DNA of 64,000 nucleotides, taken from Octopus bimaculoides. Lineage: Eukaryota. A model generated the notes under the pieces. The model was not told where the DNA came from, did no database searches, and saw only the letters and a list, made by a program, of their open reading frames with translations. The DNA lies in contig NC_068988.1 in NCBI RefSeq assembly GCF_001194135.2, forward strand, positions 13,407,305-13,471,304, written 5' to 3'. Shown here one piece after another: positions 51,169 through 63,787 of the stretch (position 1 is the first letter of the stretch; each line of letters starts with the position of its first letter). Position numbers and translations under genes: made by a program.

Positions 51169-54100
51169 GAGTAGTAGAATAAGACATTTTTTTTTCTATG
51201 AGAACTCTAGGTGTAGATATGGGTCAGAAGGTGTAAAATTATATGTTAAACCATTCTGCTTTTGAGTATGGTCTTCATAGATATTGCTTTGAATACTGAA
51301 TCGTTTCTTTATCAAACTTATAACTTTTAATATATTTTAATATAACACCATTAAGTAATTGATTTCAGAATTACAGAATATCTTCAAGAGAGAAATGAAA
51401 TTGTATTGAATAGTGAGAAAGGTTAACAAAAGTGTTTATATATTTTGAAATAATTTTACTAGACATTTTTAGTGATAATCATCATATATATATATAGCAA
51501 CAATGAAAGTGATGTAAAAATGAAATTCAGTGTAATACATGAAAAAAAAAAAAAAAAAAGATGATGCGAGATTGATAGTGGTAACTCAATAGTAATATGT
51601 TTTGCTTCCAAACCCCTATGAATCTGCTTTTAAAATCACCTTAAATAGATGAAAATAGTAACTGATGAAATGGTATCAAAGTTATTAACTACAGAATAAT
51701 AAACTGGAATTAGGAAGAGATGCTGAATTGAATGTGTTCTGCTATTGTAGTGATTCACTATAGGTCAAATTTGATGCATAAAAATGGCCTGACTATCAAT
51801 ATCAAATTTGCCAACTTACTGGACTATATAGCATAACAAATTAAGAACTTTTCAGTGCCCTGTTTGGCATATATCCAAGGGATTTTACTTATAGAAGCTG
51901 ACAAGAGGAAATGAACAGTAGATTGGTTTTTTTTCATCATGTACTACATGGATAGAAGTTAGATTTGGGAATTGAATACTGTAACTTACTTCAGTAATCC
52001 CATATATTAAGAACTGACTGTCAGTTGATCTAAAATTGACAAAATGCCAGATATTATTAGTGAATTATATTCATAAGAGGTAGAGACAAATGAAATCTTT
52101 CCAAAGTACTCTAAAAGGCACTTTCATCAAGAAGATCCAAAACAGTAAATTTTCCATTATATTATTGGAAAGATGGCTATTGGATTGGCAGAATTGTCAG
52201 AGTGTCAGACAAAATACCTAGTGGTATTTCATCTGGCCTTTACTTTCTGAGTTCAAATCTTGTTGCGGTTAACTTCGTCTTTCATTATTTCATGGTTAAT
52301 AAAATAAAATATTAGTCAAGTGCTGGGATTAGCAAAAACATACAGAATTGGAAGGTGTATTGTAAGAAAATATTGAAGGAAGACAGTTCCACAAAGCAGC
52401 AGTCATTTCACAGAAGGATTTCACATATTGTAATGAGAATGTAATTCCTAAAGCCCAAGAGGCATTTAAAGTCATTTTTTAGCTCTGGTTATTTATCATC
52501 ACATCTGTTGAAAAATATCATCATTGACTATATGTTTCCAATAGGCCAATCACAGGTTTAAGGTATTTCAGATCATCATCATTTTAATGATCACTTTTCC
52601 ATGCTCCCATGGGTCAGACGGAATTTATTGAAGCAATTTTTCTACATTCAGATGCCCTTCTACAGTTGTTGCTAAACCTCCCCTATCTCCAAGTAAGGTA
52701 ATATTTCCCTATGATCAGGTATATTTCTACAGAAGATTGGAAGTGAAGGAAACTGCTTGCCTGATGGAGACACATGCTTACAACTATCACATGATATCAA
52801 GGTAAAGGGACAGTAATACACACACACACATATATATATAGTGAGCTTCTTTCAGTTTCTGTTTGTCAAATCCACTTACAAGGCTTTGATTAGCCTAGGG
52901 CTATAGTCAGCTTAGGACCACAGTCAGCTTAGGACCATAGCCAGCCTAGGGCCATAGTCAGCCGAGGGCCATAGTCAGCCTAGGGCCATAGTCAGCCGAG
53001 GGCCATAGTCAGCCGAGGGAAGACACTTGCTCTAGGTATCATGTAGTGGGACTGAACCTGAAACCATGTGGTTGGGAAAGAAACTTCTTACCACACAGCT
53101 ATGCCTGTGTAGTTGAGAGTAATGAAGGAATTTGATGATGAACACATTTCTCAAAGGACTTCATTTGCAGAGTACCACTTCTTCAATCATCTTATCAATG
53201 TCTATGTCCTGCACTGATATCTATATTCCTTGTTAATATACAGCAATGAAAAATATAGATACATATGCACACGAACATGTATATTTGATGAACTTTGACA
53301 CAACTTCTATATCGCAAAGAACCCACTCAAGGTTTTGGAAAACCCAACACTACTGCAGCAGACTCTTGCTCAAGGTGCTACACAGTGGAATCAAACCCAG
53401 AACTACATGGTTGTTAAATGAACTTCTGAACCATAGAGCCATGCCTACAGCTATGGTCACATGGTGTTAGGTGAATGGAAACTTGGATTAGTTGTCAGTC
53501 TATAAGTAACATTTTTACATAATCAGGTACCTATTTATGACAGGTAGTTGCACCAAGATGTGTAAAATTAAATACACTGATTAAACACTTAATGAAGTGT
53601 CTGAAATGGGACTGAACTGAAGATCTATAAACTGATAGCTATATAGCAGTTCCACTAAGCCATTTTATCTCTACACTTTATATGTTGCTTGATGCTGGCT
53701 TTAGGAAGGAAAACACAACACAGCTAGTGAAAAGTAAGTAGAGATAGGCTGCATTCAATGATTTATGAACATGCCGTAGTACTAGCACAGTCCTATTATT
53801 AACAAAGAACGGAAGGGTGGGTTATAGCTACTAAGGATTTATTAATTAAGGAGATGGGATTTCTTTTGAATGAAGTCTAAAATGTGAATGATCAAAAGCT
53901 TTCTGTCATCTGTCTCAGATGTGACAGTAGTATCTAAAATGAGAATCAGCAATCTCAATAACAGTTATATGAATTTTATGAGTCCTGGGAGATGCTCGTA
54001 TAAAGAGAAAGGTTGAAAAGCTTGAAGGGATTGCTTGACATAATAACTGAAATGTCACATTGTTACAGTAGATCTATGGGTAATATGTTCCAGGCCTTTA

Positions 54101-55123
54101 AAGTCTAATTTTCCTTGTACAGTGATGTAATGTTTCTTAGAAAACAATTTAGTGATTGACTTTTACGTGTCTAAAACTGTAGGGAGGGTGGTGAAGCTAA
54201 ACATACCAAAGATGATAGTGTCCAATAGATTTCTAGCTCTAGTTCAGCCAGGCGTGAACTACATTAGTTACCAAGAGTGGTCATAATAAAATTACTGAAA
54301 TAAACACTTGACAGCTTGTTCTGCTTAAAATAATCTACAATGATGAAATTAAAATGCAGTTTTTCAGTCGGTTAAGCTTTATTTATCTTACAAGAACAAT
54401 AACATCAGAGATCAAATACTACAATACGATGTTACTCTGATTATTTAATCTGTTTTTGGAATAATGAAGGAGACTATAGAGGGTCCTCCCACCACAATTG
54501 AGCTTTTTCCAGTTTTCCTTTTCCTTTTTCCAGTTCTTTCTTATCTCACAAGTTACTTGGTAACCTCATTGGTGGCAGAAAAGAGCACCCAGTACATACT
54601 GTAAAGTAGTTGGCACTAGGAAGGGTATCCATCTATAGAAACTAAGTCAAAGCTGAGACTGGTGTTTGATGTGGCCCCTTCTCCACTGCTTGACAATTTG
54701 TGTTGGTTTGTTTACATTCTGGTAACTTAGTAGTTTGGCAAAAGAGACTGATAGAGTAAGTACCAGACTTTAAAAAAATAAGAACTGGAGTTGATTTATT
54801 TGACTAAACCCTTCATGGCAGTGCCCCAGCATGGCAGCAGTCCAATGACTGTAACAAGTAAAAGATAAAAAGATAAAGTCTTCTAGATTATTTATAAATT
54901 CAAATTCCTTCAAAATATCTGAATATTTTAAAATTCAGAATCAAAGTTTGGACTTAAGCCAATACATATAAAATAACAGTTGATAAACTTACATGTGTGT
55001 CCCAAGTTCTTTGACTTCATGATGAATCACTCCATCAATACTATCATTTGGAGTGAGTTCAGCAGTAGGATGTGGGGTTACACCAGAGAGCATCAATCTT
55101 TGTGAGCTGGTCTGTAGGTCAGC
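17908..55123 (-). CDS. TRAPPC13: Trafficking protein particle complex subunit 13; spliced gene, 5'-truncated, 8 exons in window
   Basis: Joined exons total 924 nt = 307 aa + stop, in frame. Recognised motifs: [122 protein letters not shown]. The N-terminal ~100 aa were not found and presumably lie beyond 64000. Confidence 0.97.
18083..18236 (-). CDS. TRAPPC13: TRAPPC13 exon ([52 protein letters not shown])
   Basis: ctttgtttcag acceptor, gtgtgt donor, 154 nt, phase 2 to 0. Confidence 0.96.
18537..18637 (-). CDS. TRAPPC13: TRAPPC13 exon ([34 protein letters not shown])
   Basis: catttcag acceptor, gtaagt donor, 101 nt, phase 0 to 2. Confidence 0.96.
19640..19841 (-). CDS. TRAPPC13: TRAPPC13 exon ([24 protein letters not shown]...[14 protein letters not shown])
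   Basis: tttatttctcag acceptor, gtatgt donor, 202 nt, phase 2 to 0; overlaps ORF-track entry 19631..19831. Confidence 0.97.
19954..20059. mobile_element. Tc1/mariner-type MITE, 106 bp
   Basis: TA|CGAGGGGTGTATGAGAAGTCTTGAGCCT...AGGCTCAAAACTTTTCATACAGCCCTCG|TA; 28-bp TIRs with 25 matches. Confidence 0.85.
20265..20590 (-). mobile_element. SINE, diverged
   Basis: Shared tail and head motifs with the 16121 copy. Confidence 0.7.
22411..22630. mobile_element. Tc1/mariner-type MITE, left end degenerate
   Basis: Right end aaagccaagaacttttcagtacctcctcg|TA; left catgatggggtgtctaaaatttcctggcttt. Confidence 0.6.
22632..23098 (-). mobile_element. tRNA-head SINE with RTE-like tail
   Basis: ggcttctttcagtttcc...agaagacatttgcccaag...tgtggttgggaagcaaac; tail gctcttcctgtgaccaactctcacctgtttccaag. 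Confidence 0.7.
23126..24058 (+). mobile_element. 5'-truncated RTE LINE, gap inside
   Basis: Open frame [51 protein letters not shown] (post-RT region). After the gap comes the same 3' end as the 4579 copy, with a (GAT)n tail. Confidence 0.85.
24374..24504 (-). CDS. TRAPPC13: TRAPPC13 exon ([44 protein letters not shown])
   Basis: poly-T+acag acceptor, gtaagt donor, 131 nt, phase 0 to 2. Confidence 0.96.
24680..24890 (+). mobile_element. Second SINE family with a Meta-like central domain
   Basis: gagctggcagaatcgttagc...gagttcaaattctgccgagg...gcctttcatccttttggggtctattaaataagtacc; partial copies near 52180-52330 and 59290-59360. Confidence 0.7.
25240..26425. repeat. 280-bp inverted repeat, 2 mismatches, 626-bp spacer
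   Basis: 25240-25519 is the reverse complement of 26146-26425, checked base by base. Confidence 0.95.
28046..28254. mobile_element. TTAA-flanked (piggyBac-like) MITE
   Basis: TTAA|CCCT...AAGG|TTAA; same family as 8808. Confidence 0.72.
29177..29340 (+). repeat. Compound triplet microsatellite (GAT/GAC, GGT, ACC/GCC)
   Basis: Directly visible. Confidence 0.85.
29648..29867. mobile_element. TTAA-flanked MITE, second family
   Basis: TTAA|CCCTTTAGCATT...AATGCTAAAGGG|TTAA. Confidence 0.8.
29908..30128. mobile_element. Inverted, more diverged copy of the 29648 MITE
   Basis: Reverse-complement similarity (tagaatgacattgtagggaaggtgtgagaggc); TTAA at 29904-29907 and 30129-30132. Confidence 0.72.
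32030..32310 (+). repeat. Degenerate ~60-bp tandem repeat, 4-5 copies
   Basis: Recurrent agaataaag...acaactagaggcaatttaatgc..gat..attgtaggtaa. Confidence 0.6.
34294..35015 (+). mobile_element. tRNA-head SINE with RTE-like tail, gap inside
   Basis: aggcatggctgtgtggtaagaagtttgc head; aggaagggcatccagccatagaa...cccatgcaagcatgggaaagtgg...(GAT)n tail. Confidence 0.72.
38170..38669. repeat. ~170-bp inverted repeat, ~94% identity, 162-bp spacer
   Basis: 38170-38337 vs 38500-38669; about 9 substitutions and a 2-nt indel. Confidence 0.92.
42487..42531 (-). CDS. TRAPPC13: TRAPPC13 exon ([15 protein letters not shown])
   Basis: poly-T+acag acceptor, gtaagt donor, 45 nt, phase 0 to 0. Confidence 0.96.
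43864..43936 (-). CDS. TRAPPC13: TRAPPC13 exon ([25 protein letters not shown])
   Basis: tttggttacag acceptor, gtgagt donor, 73 nt, phase 2 to 0. Confidence 0.96.
46034..46292. mobile_element. hAT-like MITE
   Basis: CAGTGGTTCTCAA...GAGAAACAC; homologous copy at 61475-61712. Confidence 0.7.
46328..47449 (+). pseudogene. Degenerate mariner transposase
   Basis: Frameshifted remnants of VCVKFCFK, TGDES, HEFVP-GQ, LQHYNT (HHDNA), PYTLDL..CEPF.F (YSPDL..DF.LF); right TIR-like ttttggacagatcttg|TA. Confidence 0.8.
48833..49060 (-). mobile_element. SINE 3' half, little diverged
   Basis: Close match to 16121-16320, ends at an N-gap. Confidence 0.85.
52570..53105 (-). mobile_element. tRNA-head SINE with RTE-like tail and an internal 17-bp array
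   Basis: Head, core and tail motifs as in other copies; array at 52888-53019. Confidence 0.75.
52888..53019 (+). repeat. 17-bp minisatellite, ~7.8 copies (agtcagccKagggccat)
   Basis: Exact 17-nt periodicity from 52905; no spacers. Confidence 0.92.
54993..55123 (-). CDS. TRAPPC13: TRAPPC13 exon ([44 protein letters not shown])
   Basis: ttttgcattaacag acceptor, gtaagt donor, 131 nt, phase 0 to 2. Confidence 0.96.
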
Positions 55124-55921
55124 CTGTTAATGCAAAATAAAGGATTTTTATAATTTGCTCTTCATACAAAAAACAAAAGTTTCATTATAACTGAAAAATT
55201 AATCAATTCAAACTTAACTTGCACATTTAGTGGTATCTTGTAACTGAAAGGGTTGATTTGCTACAATCAACCCTTTACATCATTAAGTTTATTGTAAATA
55301 ATTAATTTGAAACCTGTTCTTTTAAAAGATATTCTATAACTATAGTAACAGTAAGGTAGATTTCTGAGTGTATAGAAGATGCAAGTATGGCTGTGTGGTT
55401 AACAAGTTTGTATCCCAACTACATAGTTTCAGGTTCCGTCCCACTACATGGCACTTTCAGCAATGCCCCAGGCCAACCACAACTTTGTAAGTGGATTTGA
55501 TAGATGTGAAGTGAAAGAAGCCAAATATACCGTAAAAACCCATGTAACACGCACATTTTTTCACAAAAATAAAAATAAACTAGGGGGTGCGTAAATTACA
55601 TGAGTAGATTGTTTCCTGAAATTTTTTAGGAATTTTTTTTTGTTGAAAAAAGATGTACAAAATGTAAACATTCATACCGGAAGTTGACTCATTTAATGGG
55701 CTTAAATATAATGAAGTTGACTTATTTATACTGGACAGTATAATGCTTGCATTTTCTGTATAAATTTACTAAAACCATTAAATGGTTAACTTCTTTTTGA
55801 AATTTGACATTCATTCTGGTAATCACGGTTTGGGCCATATTTTACATACTTTACTCTGTTAAGTGTCATCCAAACTGATGTTTATTGGTGGATAATGAGA
55901 ATTATAAAAATATGTTTTTAT

Positions 55922-55964
<43 letters not shown>

Positions 55965-56699
55965 TATATGAATGTTGATTCTATATGTTGTTATTAATGC
56001 CATTTGAGCTAAAATAGCAAGAGTTTTACAGTAAAAAAACAAGAGTGTTGTAGATCAGTGGTTTTGTGAGGACAACTGGATTTAAAACTGCTTGACATGA
56101 ACAAAAAGTTGGGATTAGTAGCATGAAGTTTATTTGGCCTTAGAAAATCTGCCTAGTATGCATAAATGAATGTAAAAGTAATGATGAGGATAAACATGTA
56201 TGTGTGTGTGCTTTTTTACAAGTTAATAGTTTTAGCGAAGGAAATCCATTTTCGTTAAGTCAGCTCTTCTGAATTAGCAAAATTGGAGTTTCTTTGCTAA
56301 GTCACTAAATCTGTAAAATAAAATTATTTGCTCTACACTCTACACTTATATTTAACTTTTACAGAGACTTCTTTACACACACACACACACATGTTAATTT
56401 GTTCCTTTCTTCTATTTCCATATTTTCAATGGACATAAAATTACAGAGGCAGTGAGGTATTATTTTACAGCAAGATGCCTTTCCTATCACTTGCTCTTAA
56501 CTGTTTTTCAAGTAAGAGATATCTTACTGCATATTTGAAAGTGCAAACCCAGTAGATTATTTGTTAACAAATATGAACAACCAATCCTAATAAATGTTAT
56601 AAATTTATCAAAGGAGACAGTATACAATAAATCAACATACTAGTACTAGCAAAAGGAGTAAAATTTACCCCAACCCCTCAGAGATCTAATTATAATGAA

Positions 56700-57720
56700 A
56701 TTAAAAATGACACTTCAGAATTTTGTAGAAAATTGCAACTCACAGAGAATTATTTGATGAGAATAAACAATGATGAATTAATTATTAGTAACAACTATCA
56801 CAAAAAGGTAGGAATAAAATTCTTGATGATTTTTGTGACCTCATTTTGAATTTTTCCATACAGTATAAATAAACAAAAAATTAAGTCGAAATTCAGCACT
56901 ACTGAATAGGAAAACATAATTGAATTGAGAAATGATAATGAACTGACATATAAAGAAGCTGATAAAAGGAGTGCAAATATATTGATGGATACTGAAAATT
57001 ATAAAAGAAATTTTTTTTATCTAAGCAAGCAGACAATATATACATACTATGAAAAGATAAAAAACTACAACCAGCAAAAAACTAATGAAAAATCTTAGTT
57101 TTCTTACACTTGTACTGAAAAGCATTCATTAAGAATGTAATTATATAAGTAATTTTAAATGTAAATCACATCTTTTCTATGGCTTACCAAAAAAGTCACA
57201 AAAATAAGATAACTGAAGCATGCAAAAAATCCACGTGTATATGAATTAATGTTTTATTACCAGGTGATTTAAAATTACAACCAATAGTAGCAGGTCCATA
57301 TATGAAACTTGTATCTGAGTAATTTTTTTAGACATTTTACTGAAAACATTTTTCAAACACATCAAAAGGTTTATAAGCAATGACCTAATATGTTGAATCA
57401 CCCTCCAAATATGGTCAATGAAAAGAACACATTGTATTTTTTGATGTAGTGAATTTATATACAAATAGCTCCCATGATTATTGAATAGAAGCAATAAAAC
57501 AGTAGCTGTAGAATTTTGAAGACAAATTACCAGAATACAAGAACATAAAAAAAAGTATAAATAAATGAAAGTTTAGAATTTATTATCTAAAATAACTATT
57601 TCCTGTTTGATGTAAGTTTTCATCAACATAAATCTCGAACAGTGATGGGAGCCAAAGCATCCCAACCTACACAAATTTGGTTATGGGTTACTTGGAGCTT
57701 AAAAAATATGCAACAGGTTT
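56700..57720 (+). pseudogene. Degenerate Penelope-like retroelement RT
   Basis: Ordered remnants ELRNDNELTYKEADKRSANILMDTENYK (56922), FYGLPK (~57175), KLQPIVAGP (~57270), LYTN, and VMGAK..PTYTNLVMGYLE (~57640-57697). Confidence 0.75.
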
Positions 57721-60700
57721 CAATATCATGTGGAAGATCCTTGTGAGATACAGCTCTTAAAGAAATGGAAAATGCTTCAGGGTATGTATAATTGAGAAAG
57801 AAACATACTCAAATACCTTAATAAATATGCAAACTTAGCTAAATGACAAATCAGAAATCTTCACTAATTGTTACCACTTTGATAAGTACCTCCTGAAATA
57901 CTGGAAAATTACACCAACAAAATGAACAGATCAAATTTAACTACTATAAAAAAACAATCACAATCCAACTATCTTCTTTCTCTTTCTTAACTCATTAAAA
58001 GATGCTCCTAATCTCACTGCACATTATAACAAACTATTTGATATTTTTAACCTTTTTTATATATTCATTTCCATATTGTAAAATGGTTCAATACTCGATT
58101 ATTTACCAGCAGCAATCACATTCTCTCTATTTACCTCTTCAGTTTTAAACTGCGAATAGATACTCCTGATCTCACAACACTTTATAATACATTCATCGAT
58201 ATCTTAGACTCCTTAACTTTCTACGCTCATTTCAATTTACCAATTCCCTACCTTCTCTATTCATATGTTTTTAAAGTTCTTTACTCAAAAGAAATAACTT
58301 ACTCTTAATATATGTAATGAGCTGCATTCCTTACAACTTTTAAACCCATATATGAATATATGTCACAGGCAAACTGGCTGAGCTTATCTTCTAATGACTG
58401 TTTGGCATAAGCCGAGCATGAAACTAAATTACAGTGTATTATCACTAACTGACTATATCATATATAAATTCTCATAGCAAGGAAAGATATAATCAAATCT
58501 TTAAGGGACATGTTGCATTTTCATTATAAATCTAGAACAGATGCTTGTCAAAAAAAAGCAATGACATATATATATATAGGATTTTTAAAAATTGTTTTAA
58601 GTTTTAAACAAATCTAAAAACTACTTTACATTTGGAATATTTCTACATGCAAATTTGTCCAATAATTCTACATGAAAAAACAAGAAAACAAAAAAGCAAA
58701 CAAATCCAAAAACTATTTCTTAGTCACATTTCATTGAAGTGTATAAAACTTGAGCTTCCAAAAATTGCATATTGCTTCAAACAGTTTAAACCCTTTTTAG
58801 ATTTTAATTTCTAAAAATGATTTAGCAAATGGATTTGAAATATCAAAGTATAATATTTAAAAAAATCCTTTTAGCTGATGAGTTATTTGAAGGTAAAGAA
58901 TGAACAGAAAAAATTTACGAGTAAAGGAATTATATCCGACAATACAAATATGAAGAACATTAATACATTCAAATCCTTCTGCTTTTGATTATTCTTTATA
59001 TTTATTCACACTTTAACCTGAATATAACCTACTTTAAAATAACTGCATATTAGTGAACTATATTGTAGAGGCAGACGATATTTTGAAGAATATTAAATTG
59101 AAAATAAAGTATGACAGATAATCTTCCGTTATTTCTGAGATATTTGGTGTCAGCTATAGACAAACAGCTTATAAATCTTGGATCTATAACAACTGAATTT
59201 ATGTCAAGTTTTAAAATGTCAAAATAAATGCATTTCAATGAAAGCAGCAGCTGCTACCACCACCATCGCTACCATTTGTTCTGTCTTTCTTTCTGAGTTC
59301 AACTCCAGTCAGCATCAATTTTGCCCTTCCCCCTTTCAGGGTTGATAAATAAAGTACCAGTGCTGGGGAGTGAGCTGGTTGAAGTGTTAAAATGTTGAAC
59401 AGTATGCCTTACATCATCTATTCTGGTACTGTAAATTCTGAGTTCAAATTCTGCCTATGGAAAAATAGATCCTTTGGAATCCAGCAACAGTGGTAGCTAT
59501 AGCAAGTGCCAATGTATTTTTAGCTTATCACTTTCAATGGCAGCACACCATATGACAGGAGAGAATGGAAACATTCAAATTCCTCTGTTATCTCTATTTT
59601 TTTCAATGCAGCAATTTTACATGAAGATGAGCCATGACTTCTGTGTAGTGAATTATTCTCAAATTTGACCTAGGCACTTCTAAAAACCTCTTTGCTTTTC
59701 TTTTAGAAGACCTCTAAATATTAACATACTTTGTAATTAATTATTCATACATTCAGACACACACACACACATATATATAATTATGTGATGTGAAGGTTTG
59801 TATACATACATGCGTGCATGTATACATACTTAGTTATCTACACCCCACCCCTATACACTTCTAAATATGGGAGTGTGTGTAATATTATACTCCGATTTTC
59901 AGTTCATCATATGAGTTCACATGTACAGTGAACATGTGTTACTGGAAAGACCACCTCTGGTTCAAGTGCTATTCAGGTGACATCACTGCATCCACAGCCA
60001 GAGTGGATACCATCCTGGTTTGAAGGAGAATAAGCATGTCCAGTGTAGAGAAATCTGTTGAATAGTATGAAGTAGTGATATTAATCAAACTGATTCTACA
60101 ATAGTTACTATATACTGTCTGATCACTTTTGTTGAAAAACGAATTACTCCAGTAATGTGGAACACTTTCAGTATTTCATACAATAAATAAATGTTCATTC
60201 AGTCATAACTGTTCTGGTTAATTCTAGGATGGTAAATATTTCCAAATTTGTGAAGTCAAATGAATAATTTAACAAAATGCTTGACATAATGTCAAGGCTG
60301 ACGTTTTTACATTATAAGTCATTAACCGTTTGTCTAGCTTTCTTTAAAACCCCAAATTATCACCAAAAATACCTACAAAATGATATGCAATATTTGAATA
60401 ATAGATTGTTTCTATCACAAGAGAAAGATTTAACCTTAGTTTGAGCTTTTAGTTACACTGACTCCATAGGTGGTTTCATCTACAATATTATAACATAAAA
60501 TAGATATCATAACACAACGTCCTAATAGATTTATTGACTACCAGGAGAAAGTAACAGAGTTACATGCTTATTATTTTGTGTGATTGAAATTAATTTGAAA
60601 AATAATTTCCAACAATAAATCTATAAACAGAAAAACAATCATAAAATATACATAGAAAGCAAAATGTATATAAAACAAAAATTGTCTGGAAATTTTCATT

Positions 60701-61474
60701 ATAACAAGTGATGTAATTCTATAAAAGTTGTAGAAATATAAAAATGCTATACATCATGAAGTATAAGCCTTGACTATTCTATTATGATTTACACCTCTTT
60801 TTAGAATAAATGTAGTAACTATTGCACTCATAGGAGAGGAAGTGATATGTTACACAGAAAATTATTTTTAAGTTTGCAGACAATATTGATTGTATAAATA
60901 CTTTTGAAATAATTCTTTATCTCACAGCAAACATATTTTTTTCTGAACATACAATCCATTACGCATGCAGTTTTATAGTGAAATAGAAATGATTTACAGG
61001 AACTATAAATAGTTGAAGAAGTATATTCAGCTCTAGTAAATGTCACAGATTAGATGGTAGTCTCCTGGCAAATGAAATTTGCAACTTAGTTTACATTCTT
61101 CCAGGTAGAAGATATTACACATCATTTATGGTGGTACAGTGAATGGCCATTTTACACGTCTCTGAATTCAAGTGAATGGTATCATGAATTTAGAGATTCC
61201 TTTGAGTTTCAAAAATTAGTAGCAAATAAAATTATTAGTTTCTTATTTACCCTTTATAATTAGATAATTCTAATTCAGTTGAAGGAGTGAATATGGTTAA
61301 GACCTAACAGAGTAGGACAAAAGATTTATGCACTTAGATTTATCCCTTCACATTACAAGTTCAAATCAAGTTGAAGCTATTCTTTCTCTCTCTCTATAAA
61401 AAAGGGGGAGGGTGATCAATAAGATGAGTGTTTGTGTGTATATTTATTTTTTTCCTTACTAGCACGAGTTAGAT

Positions 61475-61712
61475 CAGTGCTTCTCATCCAGGGTCACATG
61501 ACTCTTGGGGGCCCATATACGATCTTGTTAGAATTTATATACAATAAACTGGCTATACTTCTACAATACATAAAATTCTAATATTTTTATACAATTCCTT
61601 ATAATATTTAATTATAAAAATATAATAATACGATTGTTTAAACATTGAATGGCTAAGAGGGTCCACTCATGTAAAATAGGAATCAAAGGGTCCAGAGGCA
61701 AAAAATGGTTAC
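61475..61712. mobile_element. hAT-like MITE, copy 2
   Basis: cagtgcttctcatccagggtcacatgactcttggggg...taaaataggaatcaaagggtcca, colinear with 46034. Confidence 0.68.
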
Positions 61713-61905
61713 ATACCATATTATTGAGGCATTGCTTTACAGCTGAAGCTCCTCTTCTTAACTACTAACTGTTTTTCAAGAGAAAGATTTTTCTTTTATT
61801 CCAGACAGACATCTGTGAAAACACAGAGCTAGATTTGTTGTCAGAGATGACAACATACTTCACAAGTTACAGTTCAGTGATTTTTTCAAGTGAAGTGCAA
61901 AATGT

Positions 61906-61907
<2 letters not shown>

Positions 61908-61954
<47 letters not shown>

Positions 61955-61981
61955 CACACGCACACACACACGCACACACAC
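61908..61981 (+). repeat. (CA)n microsatellite; representative of many (CA), (TA), (GA), (CAT) tracts
   Basis: Directly visible. Confidence 0.9.
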
Positions 61982-63787
61982 AGTGGTTGTCATATAGTTA
62001 CTGTCGAAAAAATTTACACGCATGGCATTTGGTAGCCCAAGGCTTACAATAAAAGGCTACTTACCAAGCAGCAGAAGTGAACCTGCAATCACATGGTTGA
62101 GAAACAAACTTCTAAACCATGCAGCTATTTATATTTTTGTGTTTGTGTGTGAATGCATGTACATGCACCCAGACATACATACATACATACATACATAAAT
62201 CTTTTTCTTTTCAAGTTATTAGGTCCAAGCATGTTTTGGTTTGCACACAAATATATACATACATATACACCTATACATGGTCGTATGGTTCAAAANNNNN
62301 NNNNNNNNNNNNNNNNNNNNNNNNNNNNNNNNNNNNNNNNNNNNNNNNNNNNNNNNNNNNNNNNNNNNNNNNNNNNNNNNNNNNNNNNNNNNNNNNNNNN
62401 NNNNNNNNNNNNNNNNNNNNNNNNNNNNNNNNNNNNNNNNNNNNNNNNNNNNNNNNNNCTGACATGATGGAGAACTGTGTTCTGCTCCAATGTCTACTTT
62501 GGCATGGTTTCTACAGCTGGATATACATTATGTATGTGTGTGTGTGTGTGTGTGTGTGAGATATATGTAATGTCTATATATGCACACACACACACACACA
62601 CACACACAAATATTTCATATTCATAAAGCATTCATAGAGTATTTCTTTTACTATGTTGTCACTTACATCTACAGATATTTTGATTGTTTTTGAAGAAAAC
62701 TCTTAGTTTACATGAGCAGTGAAAAGAAAAAAAAATTTAGCTTGAAATCTTTGAAGACGAGATGAAAGTACTACTTGACAATAATGGACATTTGATGCTA
62801 GTTATTTTAGAATAGTTGTGCATCATCCAAAACAAACAAATTCTTAAACTGCAAAATTCCTCTAAAATGCTATCAACAATTTCTTGCTTGTAATTTCTGC
62901 ATAAGTGTGAAAATTGTCATTACACAGACATAAACAATAATTGTAAAATATTATTGTAGAATTGCTAATATAAAGAATAATGTTAATATATTTTCTGTTA
63001 TATTGCTAGTATACAAATAATGTTTTTGTTTTTTTTCAGCATACAAAACAAGTTACATTTGTCTGGTATACATTTCAGAAATCAATAGATTTAAGAATAT
63101 ACATGAGAGAAAAAAAAAGAAGTTATTCTATAATCATTGCTTATTAGGATTAGCTGTGTACTATGAATTTTTCCTAAGGATATACATTTGTACCTCAGAA
63201 GTCAACACAAGTGAAATTAACCCACCAGCATCAAGATTGTTTATTTCCTGTACAAATGTTGTAAAGCTGACTTTAACTCTTTCACTGTGAAATCAAGTTT
63301 CATGGTTATTCTAGTATTGATGTTACATATTTATTAAACAAACAGAATTGGTATTTTCTGCAAGTCACATCACCTCAATAAACTTCACATATCTCAACAA
63401 AAAATACTTCCAAGCATGACAGTTCTCATCAAAAGATAGAATGGGATATACAACTGCTTCCTGCAGTTATGGGTGAGGACATTTTGATTGGATGTATCTG
63501 ATTTCTGCAGTAAAAGGGTTAAATATATATACTTAAAATAATTAAAGTTCTTTCAAATAAAAAAAAATTTTGTTATCAATATAATTGATGTTGAAAGTAA
63601 GATCCATCATATTTCAATCACAATCATAAGAAACTCACATAATCTCTCTCTCTCTCTCTCCACACACACATACATACATACACAATCTGTATGGTAGATA
63701 ATATTCCTGTGATATTTTTACTGTGACTTTGTTTTCGTAAATATGTTGAAGCTTTAATCTTTTTAATCAATCAAATTAGCATCTTTG

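Noticed and set aside
52888-53019. Regular array as a possible CRISPR
   Set aside because: Contiguous 17-bp units with no unique spacers, inside a SINE in a eukaryotic intron, no cas genes
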